From Armatimonadota bacterium (GTDB lineage Bacteria; Armatimonadota; Fimbriimonadia; Fimbriimonadales; GBS-DC), in NCBI GenBank assembly GCA_037445735.1, contig JBBIJY010000007.1, positions 41,701 to 105,700 on the forward strand: a stretch of 64,000 nucleotides of DNA. The letters are read 5' to 3'. Below the pieces are notes generated by a model that had not been told where the DNA came from, searched no databases, and worked only from the letters and a program-made list of their open reading frames with translations. The position numbers and the translations under genes were made by a program. Positions 52,677-61,625 of the stretch are shown one piece after another; positions within the stretch are counted from its first letter, which is position 1, and every line of letters starts with the position of its first letter.

Positions 52677-53591
52677 CTATCGGCGGAAGAGGTTGCGCAG
52701 GATAAAGTAGAGATTGGCAGGGCGCTCAGCCAGACGGCGTGAGAAGTAGGGATACCACTGCTCGCCATAGGGCACATAGATGAGCGTGCGGTAGCCCTCC
52801 GTGACCAGCTGCTTCTGTAGCTCACGGCTGATTCCGTAAAGCAGCTGGAACTCAAACTGGTCCTTACCCAGCCCAATCTGCATCGCGTAGCGTTTCGCAT
52901 GCTGAATAAGTCGCACATCGTGCGTGGCGATGGCTGGCTCGCGCCCGCGCTCCAGCAACTGTTCCATCAAGATTCTGAACTGACGATCGACGGAGCGCTT
53001 GTCGGGGTAAGCCACTTCACGCGGCTCAGCATAGGCACCTTTGACCAGTCGGATACGCGCTCCCAGCTCCAGCAACCGCTCCATATCGCTCGGCGTGCGA
53101 TAGAGATAGCTTTGCAAAACCGTACCGCTGTTTGGATAGCGCGGATACATCTCTGTGAACAGGTTCAAAATACCATCGGTATGGCGACTGCTTTCCATAT
53201 CGATCCAGACGAAGTTCTGAAGTTCCTGCGCAGCTTTCAGCACACATTCCAGATGCTGACGGCATAGCTCATAGCCGAGGTCTAACCCCAGCTGGGTGAG
53301 CTTAATGGAAATGCAGGAGTTCACACCCGTTTCAGCAATCCGTTCCAGCAAGATTATATACTGGCGGGCGGCGTTTTCCGCCTCTTCGGGGCGTGTGGTC
53401 GATTCACCCAGATAATCAAGAGCGACCAGGAAACCCTGAGCATTCAACTGACGGGTGACCTGGATAGCAGTATCCAGATCCTCACCAGCAATAAAGCGAT
53501 TAACCAGCCCGCGAGTCATCGGGCTATGTGTAATCCAGTTTTTAAACGGGGGCCACTCCGCCACCCGCAACACGAGTGTGCGTGACAGCAT
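52677..53591 (-). CDS. Monofunctional proline dehydrogenase
   Basis: RFIAGE, SIKLTQLG, IDMESS, RLVKGAY, ATHD, YFSRRLAERP; start at ATG 53591. Confidence 0.92.
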   Translation of the reverse strand: MLSRTLVLRVAEWPPFKNWITHSPMTRGLVNRFIAGEDLDTAIQVTRQLNAQGFLVALDYLGESTTRPEEAENAARQYIILLERIAETGVNSCISIKLTQLGLDLGYELCRQHLECVLKAAQELQNFVWIDMESSRHTDGILNLFTEMYPRYPNSGTVLQSYLYRTPSDMERLLELGARIRLVKGAYAEPREVAYPDKRSVDRQFRILMEQLLERGREPAIATHDVRLIQHAKRYAMQIGLGKDQFEFQLLYGISRELQKQLVTEGYRTLIYVPYGEQWYPYFSRRLAERPANLYFILRNLFRR

Positions 53592-53616
53592 CGTCGCCTC
53601 TCCTGATGAATACGCC

Positions 53617-53958
53617 CTACTTCTTCGTTTTATTCTGTGTATACATCCACCAGTATTCCACCACTTCGCGCTCTGGGTCTGGTTGCGAAGGCTGTGGATT
53701 GGATGACGGCTTTGGTTTGGTGGTTTCCGCCTTCGGAGGCGCAGGTGGTTGCTGTTGAACCATTTGCTTATTCTTCTCCAGCTGCGCTTTAATTTCAGCC
53801 TCGGATGGCGGCGGTAAGTTCGACTCTTGCTGCTGTTGCCGTGCGTGCTGTTCCGCAATATAGGGCGCGATCTGTGTGCTCCAACCGTACCAGATGATAA
53901 ATGCCAGCAGAATGACCACTGCTCCGATAAGACCAATCGGCATGCTTCGTCGACGCAT
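53617..53958 (-). CDS. Small hypothetical membrane protein
   Basis: GGAGG RBS, one TM, Q/P-rich tail. Confidence 0.65.
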   Translation of the reverse strand: MRRRSMPIGLIGAVVILLAFIIWYGWSTQIAPYIAEQHARQQQQESNLPPPSEAEIKAQLEKNKQMVQQQPPAPPKAETTKPKPSSNPQPSQPDPEREVVEYWWMYTQNKTKK

Positions 53959-53993
53959 TGTTTGTCTACCTCCATCTCGATTATACCGCACGG

Positions 53994-54914
53994 CTACCCC
54001 AATCGTTCCTGCTGGACAATCGCGTTGATCTGCAGGGCGATGTCGGGCAGCGCGGAACGCAGGTCGGATAGCAGGGGGAGTTGGGCGCGTGCAATCGCCA
54101 GGTCGTCCAGATCGATGGTTACAATCAGCAGTGCCTCCTGACCCAGGGGCGCCTGTGCAATCACTTTGCCGAACGGATCAACTGCCAGTGAGGCGCCCAC
54201 GAAGCCTTTTCCGCCTTCAAACCCGACCAGGCTGGATTGAATGATAAACAGCCCATGTTCGCTGGCAATCTGGGTGAGCATGCGCTCGTAGGCCGCCACA
54301 TTTTCGATTTGTTCACCTTGAAAGCCTCGCGCGGGTGATGCGGTCGGCACATAGATGACCTGCGCACCCTTCAGCGCCACAATCATCGGCGTCACAGAGT
54401 GCCACACATCTTCACAAATCAAGATTGCCGCCTGGCAGAATCGGGTAGTGAACACATCGAGGCGCGTGCCACGAGCCACGAACCGCTCCTCTTCAAAAAC
54501 GCCATAGGTCGGCAGGAAAAACTTACGATGCACATGCACGATTCGCGACTGTTCATGTTTCGGTTCCAAAGTTGCATAAAGTGCCGCGTTGTAATCCTCA
54601 CCGCGATACCGCTCATAAAAGCCCAGACAGATATCGAGCGCACGATCCGGTTTACAGTCAGCGTACAGTCGGGCAAGGTCTCTCAGTAGTTGCGAAGCGG
54701 GCATTGCCAGCTCGCGCACGCCACCCTCAATAAAGTAACCGGTGGTCACCGTTTCGGGCAGTACCAGCACATCCACGGGCAGCGATTCACGCGCAATCTG
54801 CGTCATCATTGTGCCGATGCGTTCCAGATTGCGCTTGTAGTTGCCCTTAAACGGCTTGATCTGCCCGATGCCCACGCGAAAGGGACGCACAAATTCCTGC
54901 CCTTCTGCCTGCAT
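53994..54914 (-). CDS. Carbon-nitrogen hydrolase (nitrilase family; NAD synthetase glutaminase-like)
   Basis: LPE..TTGY, HRKFFLPTYGVFEE.R, LICEDVW catalytic triad. Confidence 0.88.
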   Translation of the reverse strand: MQAEGQEFVRPFRVGIGQIKPFKGNYKRNLERIGTMMTQIARESLPVDVLVLPETVTTGYFIEGGVRELAMPASQLLRDLARLYADCKPDRALDICLGFYERYRGEDYNAALYATLEPKHEQSRIVHVHRKFFLPTYGVFEEERFVARGTRLDVFTTRFCQAAILICEDVWHSVTPMIVALKGAQVIYVPTASPARGFQGEQIENVAAYERMLTQIASEHGLFIIQSSLVGFEGGKGFVGASLAVDPFGKVIAQAPLGQEALLIVTIDLDDLAIARAQLPLLSDLRSALPDIALQINAIVQQERLG

Positions 54915-54947
54915 CGATGTACCTCTCTATCAAGAGCATACCCGCTA

Positions 54948-56198
54948 TCAACCTGTGCGGAGCTGAAGCCAGATTTCAGGTTGCCGAACAATCTCTGCAT
55001 CCTCCCATGCTTGCAGGCGCTGCAGAAGCCAGTGGCGGCACTCGTCGATGCCTAATCGCGCGATGGTCTGCTTGGTCATTTGAACCTGCTCTGGAGGCAC
55101 CAGGAGCACATGAGGCTGTAGCCCCAGTGCGACTGCAAGCTGAACAGGCTCCACTGCTTCCAGCATCAATGCGCGCTGCCGACCATATCGAATTGCCCAG
55201 CTCTGTTGCGACAGCAGGGCTTGCACTGTACGGTGCTGGCTGAGGGCTTGCCCGAACCAGCAGAGGGTTTTCACCGGCGGCTGTCTGGCGTCGGGCGGAG
55301 GCTGCTGGCGAGGATGTTGCCAGTGAATGGCAATCCCCACTGAGAGTGTGCCGATGGGCTGATGGTCACGCTTGAGCGCTTCACGGGCAGCTTCCATCGT
55401 TGCCCACCAGATAGCAACCTGCTCTGATGCGTGGCTGGAGGGTTGCTCCAGCAGGCAGGTAAGCGCGATGGTTGCGCTCCATTTCCAGAGGGCATGGCTG
55501 ATGGACTCCTCGCTCAGCGAATCGGCAGGCGCGACCCACCAGAGAGGCTTGCCACCCAGTATCTGTCCCAGCGTGCCAAAATTATCGGGAGGGTGCTGGC
55601 TTCGCACGGCGATAATATCGGCGCCCTGCTGAACAGCTATGCTGACTGCATCCCAGTTCTGCACCCATGCGCCGATGGGCAGCTCGCGGTCATCCCATGT
55701 GCGGCTGGGCAGGTGCTCCGTCTCCAGATAGAAGCGGGTCTGGCTCGCCACGCGCAGCAGTTGCGCCTGATAGCGGTTCAGCGTCTGCGCGTTCGGCTCG
55801 ATATAAACAATCCCCGTGTTGGCGTCAATGATGGTCAGTGGTTCTGGAGGCAGGATACGCGGCAGGCGAGCGACCTGCACAATAGGCACACCGGGTAGTG
55901 GCGGTGCCGGCTCCTGCTCGACCACCCAGCCCACCACGCGCACATTCGGTGCCAGCAGCGGCGGCACATCGTCCAGCCGATGCACAAAGGCAATCACCTC
56001 TAACGGCTCGGTCGGCATGCGATACTCGATAGCCAGCCACTCCTCTTCGTCCGTGGCGAACAGGCGCGGATCTAACCACACAGGTGTGCCAGGTGTGGGC
56101 AAATAGAGGGGTGCGCCCAGTCCCATCGCAATGCCGGGGCGCACGGGTATGCCCATCAGCACCCATTTCGCTGGCGGTTCCTGCCGTGTCTCACGCAT
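54948..56198 (-). CDS. Degenerate PTS Enzyme I-like (PEP-utilising fold) protein
   Basis: GIPVRPGIAMG, IIDANTGIVYIEP, LPSRTWDDRELPIGAWV and AVQQGAD follow EI order, but the phospho-His motif is absent. Confidence 0.6.
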   Translation of the reverse strand: MRETRQEPPAKWVLMGIPVRPGIAMGLGAPLYLPTPGTPVWLDPRLFATDEEEWLAIEYRMPTEPLEVIAFVHRLDDVPPLLAPNVRVVGWVVEQEPAPPLPGVPIVQVARLPRILPPEPLTIIDANTGIVYIEPNAQTLNRYQAQLLRVASQTRFYLETEHLPSRTWDDRELPIGAWVQNWDAVSIAVQQGADIIAVRSQHPPDNFGTLGQILGGKPLWWVAPADSLSEESISHALWKWSATIALTCLLEQPSSHASEQVAIWWATMEAAREALKRDHQPIGTLSVGIAIHWQHPRQQPPPDARQPPVKTLCWFGQALSQHRTVQALLSQQSWAIRYGRQRALMLEAVEPVQLAVALGLQPHVLLVPPEQVQMTKQTIARLGIDECRHWLLQRLQAWEDAEIVRQPEIWLQLRTG

Positions 56199-57279
56199 AC
56201 ACTTCGATTATATAGCCCTGCTGGAGATAGGGCTGAACATGCGACTCGTAGTGCCGCCGCTCGGCAGGTGGCACAAACAGGCAGATAGCATACTGCCCCC
56301 CATATTGCTGGATCAGCGCAGGCAGCTGCTGCGCCAGAGAAATGCTCGACTCGGGCTGGAGCACCGCCAGTGCCCGCAGCGCGTCCATCGTTGCCTGTCG
56401 CGAGGCGTTTTCCACCCGAATCCCATCCCAGCCGGGCGCCGTCAACAGCACCCGAATGCCGCTGCGCGGGGCTTCCATCACCAGCCAGGCGATGTGTCGT
56501 ATGGCTCGCTCGAAATGGGGGTACACGCCATCGGCTTCACGCTGCCAGCGGGGCGCCAGCTCGAGGGCGATCAACAGTGGCGCAAGGTGGCTTGTTTCAA
56601 ACTCCTGCACATGCCATTGCTGATGCCGTGCGGTAGCCCGCCAGTTGATTCGGCGCAGCGGGTCGCCGGGCACATATTCGCGCGTGCCGTGCCAGTCGGT
56701 GCCTTCACCCTGTTGCTGGCTGCGGGTCGCCACCTGATGCGCCCGCCCGCGTCCACCCCCCTCCCAGATTCGGTTCGGCAACGGCACAGGGCGCGGCAAC
56801 ACCAGCACCTGATCGGTGACGGGCAGCAGCCGCTTCATCTCAAACAGACCCAGCATGTCGGAAACAATCAGCTCCACTGGACCGACGGTGTGCTTGCCGC
56901 GTCGCAGCGGTATGACCGAGTAGCTGATTCGGGCGTGCTTGCCGGGTAGCACGAGCATTGGCGCCTCATGGGCGTTCAGTCCGGACGAGACTCGATCGTG
57001 GACACGGTACCAGAGTGGCAACCAGCGCAACGGCAGCACCATCTCCAGCGCGACAGTGAATAGTTCACCCTCACGCACTTCGGGAGGCAACTGGCGAGCC
57101 ACCTGCGCCCGCGGCGTCAGCCAGTGTACCAGCAGGTACGCGCCACCCAACAGCACGCCCAGCAGGCTTGCCATCCAGTACATCTGGCGGTTGCCTGTGG
57201 TCACGCCCGAGCAGAAGATGAACGAAGTGGCTGCCATCAGCGCCATCAGTTTCGCGCTGCGCAGGCTATCTCTATCCAT
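56191..57279 (-). CDS. DUF58 domain protein
   Basis: N-terminal TMs, RRGKH..GP, DMLGLF, REYVPGDPLRRINWRATAR. Confidence 0.9.
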   Translation of the reverse strand: MDRDSLRSAKLMALMAATSFIFCSGVTTGNRQMYWMASLLGVLLGGAYLLVHWLTPRAQVARQLPPEVREGELFTVALEMVLPLRWLPLWYRVHDRVSSGLNAHEAPMLVLPGKHARISYSVIPLRRGKHTVGPVELIVSDMLGLFEMKRLLPVTDQVLVLPRPVPLPNRIWEGGGRGRAHQVATRSQQQGEGTDWHGTREYVPGDPLRRINWRATARHQQWHVQEFETSHLAPLLIALELAPRWQREADGVYPHFERAIRHIAWLVMEAPRSGIRVLLTAPGWDGIRVENASRQATMDALRALAVLQPESSISLAQQLPALIQQYGGQYAICLFVPPAERRHYESHVQPYLQQGYIIEVYA

Positions 57280-57280
57280 T

Positions 57281-58270
57281 CTATCCCCCGACCTCCCCCA
57301 CAGGCACGGGCACCTCCCTCAGAATCTGCGCGATAACATGTTCCGCGCGAGGTGGTGCGCCCTGCAGGTCGGCTCGCAAAATGAGCCGATGCGCCAGCAC
57401 GGGCACTGCCATCCGCTGCACATCATCGGGCAACACATAGTGCCGCCCGTTCAGCACCGCTAAGGCTTGCGAGCCGACCATCAGCGCCAGCGAGCCGCGC
57501 GGGCTGGCGCCCAGCACTATCTGCGGGTGATGGCGCGTCGCCGTGACCACACCCACGATGTAGTGCCGCACCGCCGGGCTAACATAGACCCGTCGTACCG
57601 CCTCCTGCAACTCCAGCAACCGCTCAGGGGTCAGCACGGGTTGCAGCTCGTCCAGTGGCGAATGGACCTGGCGCGTCTCCAGAATGCGCGCCTCGACTTC
57701 GGGGGACGGATAACCGAGCGAGACCCGTGCGAAAAAGCGATCCATCTGCGCTTCGGGCAGCGGATAGGTGCCCACCATCTCGATATTGTTCTGCGTCGCA
57801 ATCACCAGAAACGGTTCTGGCAGGGGGTGAGTCGTGCCCTCGATCGACACGGTACGCTCCTCCATCGCCTCTAACAGCGCGGATTGGGTCTTCGGTGTGG
57901 CGCGATTGACCTCATCTGCCAGCACAATATTGGCAAAGATGGGTCCAGGGTGAAACTCGAACTGCCCGACTTTCTGGTTGTAGATGACTGAACCCGTAAC
58001 ATCGGCAGGCAGCAGATCGGGGGTGAACTGAATCCGTCGGAACTGACCGCCAATCGCGCGGGCAATCGCGCGGGCGAGCGTGGTCTTACCGACGCCAGGA
58101 ATATCCTCAATCAGCAGATGTCCCCGACTGAGCAGACCAATCACCATCAGGCGTACGGTCTCGGGCTTGCCCAGAATCACCTGCTCTACCGCCAGAATCA
58201 GCTGCCGAGCCTGCTCTGCGATGGCACGCGCCTCACCCTCAGTCAACCATTTTTCTGCCTCAATTGCCAT
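57281..58270 (-). CDS. moxR: MoxR family AAA+ ATPase
   Basis: DIPGVGKT, RIQFTPDLLPAD, DEVNRATPKTQSALLEAM, GTYPLPEAQMDRF. Confidence 0.95.
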   Translation of the reverse strand: MAIEAEKWLTEGEARAIAEQARQLILAVEQVILGKPETVRLMVIGLLSRGHLLIEDIPGVGKTTLARAIARAIGGQFRRIQFTPDLLPADVTGSVIYNQKVGQFEFHPGPIFANIVLADEVNRATPKTQSALLEAMEERTVSIEGTTHPLPEPFLVIATQNNIEMVGTYPLPEAQMDRFFARVSLGYPSPEVEARILETRQVHSPLDELQPVLTPERLLELQEAVRRVYVSPAVRHYIVGVVTATRHHPQIVLGASPRGSLALMVGSQALAVLNGRHYVLPDDVQRMAVPVLAHRLILRADLQGAPPRAEHVIAQILREVPVPVGEVGG

Positions 58271-58301
58271 CCTGTCAGGAGTATACCTCGCGTGTTAGGG
58301 G

Positions 58302-60356
58302 TCAGGTGCTGGGCGCGGCGGTCTCGGCAACGGTCATACCTGCCTCGATGCGTTCCAGCAGGATTTCGGCGATGTCTTTGACAGGAACGCGGTCGTCTTT
58401 TTGCTTGATGCTGTCGGAGACCATAATCATGCAGAAGGGGCAGCCGACGGCGACGGTACGGGCGCCCGTTTTGAGCAGCTCCTCGGCGCGAATAAGGCCA
58501 GGGCGCTGTTCGGGCGCTTCGTCCATCCACATGCGTCCGCCGCCTGCACCGCAGCAGAAGGTGCGCTCGCGGGCGCGCTCTGGCTCGGCGAGGTTTGCCC
58601 CGGACGCCTCCAGCACGGCACGGGGCGCATCGTGAATTTTGTTCACACGCGCCAGATAACATGGGTCGTGGAAAGTGAGCGTGCCGTCGGGCATCGGCGC
58701 AGGGCGCGGCAGCCGACCCTGCTGAATCAGCTCCGCCAGCACCTGTGAGTGGTGAACCACCTCGTACGCGCCGCCCAGCTTGCGATACTCGTGCTTGAGC
58801 GTGTGCAGGCAGTGCGGGCACATCGTCATGATGCGCTTCGGCTGATAGCGGTTCAGCGTCTGAATGTTCTGCTGGGCTAAATCCTGGAAGAGCAGGTCTT
58901 CACCCAGTCGGCGTGGGGTGTCGCCCGTACAGCGCTCTTCAGGTCCCAGAATGGCGAAGTTCACACCCGCCATCTGAAGCAGTTTGACAATCGCGCGGGC
59001 GACCTGCTGCCCCCGCGAGTCGTACGAGCCGGCGCAGCCGACCCAGAAGAGCAGTTCGAAGGTCGGGTTATCGCGCGCGAGCGGCACATTCAGCCCCTGC
59101 GCCCAGTTAGTGCGTTCGGTAAGCGGCAGCCCCCACGGGTTCGATTGCGTGCCGATGCGCTGCAAAGTGCCTGCTGCTGTACCGCGCAGGTTGCCCTCCG
59201 CCACCCGATAGCGGCGCATCTCCATAATCAGCGTCGGATGCTCAATCAGCACGGGGCACTCGTTATTGCACGCGCCGCAGGTCGTGCAGGCGAACAGCTC
59301 CTCATCGCTGATGACCGTTGTCAGGTCGCTCCCATCGCCGCGTTCCATCGCCTCGCGCAGCTTCTCCACGATGCGCTTGGGGTTCAGCGGCTTGCCTGTG
59401 GCGTAGGCGGGGCATACCCGCTCACAGCGTCCGCACCCCATGCAGGCGTCCAGGCTCATCAGGTGCCAGCGCGAGAAGTCGCTCAGCGCATTCACACCCA
59501 TCTTGCCCGTCTGCTCCACCTGCTCGATGCTCTCGATGGCGGGCACATTCGGCAGGTAGTTCGGCTTGTAATACGCCACCACAGGCGCCATGAACAGGTG
59601 GCGCACCCGATTGAACGCCAGCGAGGCGAACCATGCCGCGATCAGCACCGCGTGCAGCCACCACCAGAACTTGTACGCGCCCACCGAGATGCCCTCAAAG
59701 GCGGGCGCCAGCGCGTAGCCCACGAACGACCACACCTGCGCATAATCGGGGCGCGGCGGGTTCATAAACGCAGGATTGCGCTCCAGCGCGATGCGCGCCG
59801 CCTCCAGCACATAGCCCGTGAGTGCAATCAGTAGCAGCAGCCACACCGACAGCGCGTCCAGCGGATGATGGCTCACCGATGGCGGACGCTGCACCTGCCG
59901 CCGCCACAACGCCAGCACACACCCGAAAATCACCCCCAGCCCGAACAGGTCGAGCGTCACCTCGTAGAGAATGAAATACAACCCCTTGTGGAACCAGATG
60001 CCCTCCTTCATGAAGATGCCCGTGCCGATTTCCGTCCACTCGGCAATTGCCAGCAGGGTGGTGCCAATCGTTAAAATCGCGAAGCCCACAAACAGCGGCA
60101 GGTGGAAGATAGCCGCGAAGCGGTGGCGAGGCACCTTCTTCTGTCCAAAAGCGTACGCCAGCATCTGCCAGACGCGCTGTCGGAACGGCTGCGGAGCCTC
60201 GTCGGGCTTGCCCTGTCGCCAGAGGCGCAGTCGGCTCCAGTACCACCAGACGCTCACGCCCAGCGAGGCGAACATCAACAGGTAAAACAGCACCTTCTCG
60301 ATCGGCGTCAGCCCGATATAGGTCTGGCGCGTAATCTCGTCCCAGTTCCATTCCAT
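58302..60356 (-). CDS. Membrane Fe-S oxidoreductase (FadF/HdrD-like)
   Basis: TM region, CMGCGRCERVCP and CTTCGACNNECP, CCG domains (E.CTGD, HDPC, FCCGAGGG, GCPFC); start at ATG 60356. Confidence 0.9.
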   Translation of the reverse strand: MEWNWDEITRQTYIGLTPIEKVLFYLLMFASLGVSVWWYWSRLRLWRQGKPDEAPQPFRQRVWQMLAYAFGQKKVPRHRFAAIFHLPLFVGFAILTIGTTLLAIAEWTEIGTGIFMKEGIWFHKGLYFILYEVTLDLFGLGVIFGCVLALWRRQVQRPPSVSHHPLDALSVWLLLLIALTGYVLEAARIALERNPAFMNPPRPDYAQVWSFVGYALAPAFEGISVGAYKFWWWLHAVLIAAWFASLAFNRVRHLFMAPVVAYYKPNYLPNVPAIESIEQVEQTGKMGVNALSDFSRWHLMSLDACMGCGRCERVCPAYATGKPLNPKRIVEKLREAMERGDGSDLTTVISDEELFACTTCGACNNECPVLIEHPTLIMEMRRYRVAEGNLRGTAAGTLQRIGTQSNPWGLPLTERTNWAQGLNVPLARDNPTFELLFWVGCAGSYDSRGQQVARAIVKLLQMAGVNFAILGPEERCTGDTPRRLGEDLLFQDLAQQNIQTLNRYQPKRIMTMCPHCLHTLKHEYRKLGGAYEVVHHSQVLAELIQQGRLPRPAPMPDGTLTFHDPCYLARVNKIHDAPRAVLEASGANLAEPERARERTFCCGAGGGRMWMDEAPEQRPGLIRAEELLKTGARTVAVGCPFCMIMVSDSIKQKDDRVPVKDIAEILLERIEAGMTVAETAAPST

Positions 60357-60426
60357 ACCGAACACCCCATCATCTTCGAACGGTGGGTTAATTTTTCGGG
60401 GCGTGCGGTCAGAATCCTGCCTGCTG

Positions 60427-60467
60427 AAAAAAAATCGCCGCACGGGGCGAGTGCCGTGCGGCGGATT
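60427..60467 (-). terminator. Rho-independent terminator
   Basis: CGCCGCACGG/CCGTGCGGCG stem followed by ATTTTTTTT on the minus strand. Confidence 0.8.
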
Positions 60468-60605
60468 GCATCTTTTCCCTCGCGCAGGCATAGGGGAGAG
60501 GACGAGGCTGCAGAAAATCTGCCGCCAGCGATGACACCTGTAGCATACAGTCGCTCGCTTTAAGGCGGGGTTAAGCCCTGTTAAGGTTCGGTAAAATCGG
60601 GGCGG

Positions 60606-61601
60606 ATGCAGATTCTGTTTCTGGACGAGGTGGACAGCACGCAGCGGGTGGCGATTGAGCTGGTGCAGCGGGGCGAGCGGGCGTGGGACGCCGTATGCGC
60701 CGAGCATCAGACGGCAGGGCGCGGGCGACGCGGCGCCCACTGGCACGACGAGCCAGGTGCCAGCCTGCTGGTCTCGCTTATCCTGTGGGATGTGCCCTTG
60801 CCGGACCCACCAGGGCTGATCGGCGTGATGACGGCGATTGCAGCCGCTGAATCGCTGGAGAGGCTCTTTCCCGCCCTGCAGGTACAGCTCAAGTATCCCA
60901 ACGATCTGGTGGTGCATGGTCGCAAGCTGGGCGGGATTCTGGTGGAGATTGCAGAGAATGTGGCGGTGGTGGGGATCGGCGTCAATCTGGCGCAACGCGA
61001 GTTCCCCGAACCGCTTCAGGCGAGCGCAATCTCGGTCTGGCAGGCGATAGCATACGGAGGTAGCCCCTCACCCCCCTGCCCCTTCTCCCACGCTGTGGGC
61101 GAGGGGGTTTCTGAAACCCTCTCCCCCTCTGGGGGAGAGGGTACGGGTGAGGGGGTAGCATCACAGCAAAGTCGAGGGAACCCCTCACCCCAACCCTCTC
61201 CCCAGCGGGGCGAGGGGGTTTCCAGGTCCCTCTCCCCCTCTGATGGAGAGGGCGAACGAGTCGCTGAAACCCTCTCCCCCGCCTGCGGGGGAGAGGGTAC
61301 GGGTGAGGGGGAAGATTCAACCTCCTCTCGCGCGGTGCGCACGCGCCTGATTGAAGCGATTGCCGCACGCCTGCACGCGCTTGTCGCCGAACTTACGCAG
61401 GCGGGTACGCAACGAATCCACGCGCTCTGGCAGGCACGCGACGCCTCCGCAGGTCGCCCCTATCAGGTGCTGGACCTGCCCCAGCAGCCGGTGGGTGTTG
61501 CGCTTCAGGTGGAACCCGATTTCCGCCTGCGCCTCCGCCTGCCCGACGGCAGCGAGCATTGCACCTACTGGGTGCATGGCGTATTCAGCATCGGCGCGTA
61601 G
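60606..61601 (+). CDS. birA: Biotin-protein ligase (class I) with in-frame palindromic insertion
   Basis: EVDSTQ, QTAGRGRRG, KYPNDL...KLGGIL.E, GIGVN. Confidence 0.9.
   Translation: MQILFLDEVDSTQRVAIELVQRGERAWDAVCAEHQTAGRGRRGAHWHDEPGASLLVSLILWDVPLPDPPGLIGVMTAIAAAESLERLFPALQVQLKYPNDLVVHGRKLGGILVEIAENVAVVGIGVNLAQREFPEPLQASAISVWQAIAYGGSPSPPCPFSHAVGEGVSETLSPSGGEGTGEGVASQQSRGNPSPQPSPQRGEGVSRSLSPSDGEGERVAETLSPACGGEGTGEGEDSTSSRAVRTRLIEAIAARLHALVAELTQAGTQRIHALWQARDASAGRPYQVLDLPQQPVGVALQVEPDFRLRLRLPDGSEHCTYWVHGVFSIGA
61064..61310. repeat. Two tandem cloverleaf palindromic elements inside birA
   Basis: Units 61064-61154 and 61181-61310, each bounded by CCCCTCACCC/GGGTGAGGGG and enclosing 2-3 CCCTCTCCCC/GGGGAGAGGG-type hairpins. 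Confidence 0.9.
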
Positions 61602-61625
61602 AGGCGTCGGGTATCATTCCTTCTG

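Noticed and set aside
53592-53975. N-terminal extension of proline dehydrogenase (432-aa ORF)
   Set aside because: It overlaps a separate small gene; homology and the RBS begin at 53591.
60357-60995. N-terminal extension making the oxidoreductase 897 aa
   Set aside because: It overlaps birA on the opposite strand and crosses a terminator; the likely start is 60356.
61064-61310. Possible CRISPR array
   Set aside because: The repeats are degenerate nested palindromes without unique equal-length spacers, and there are no cas genes in the window.
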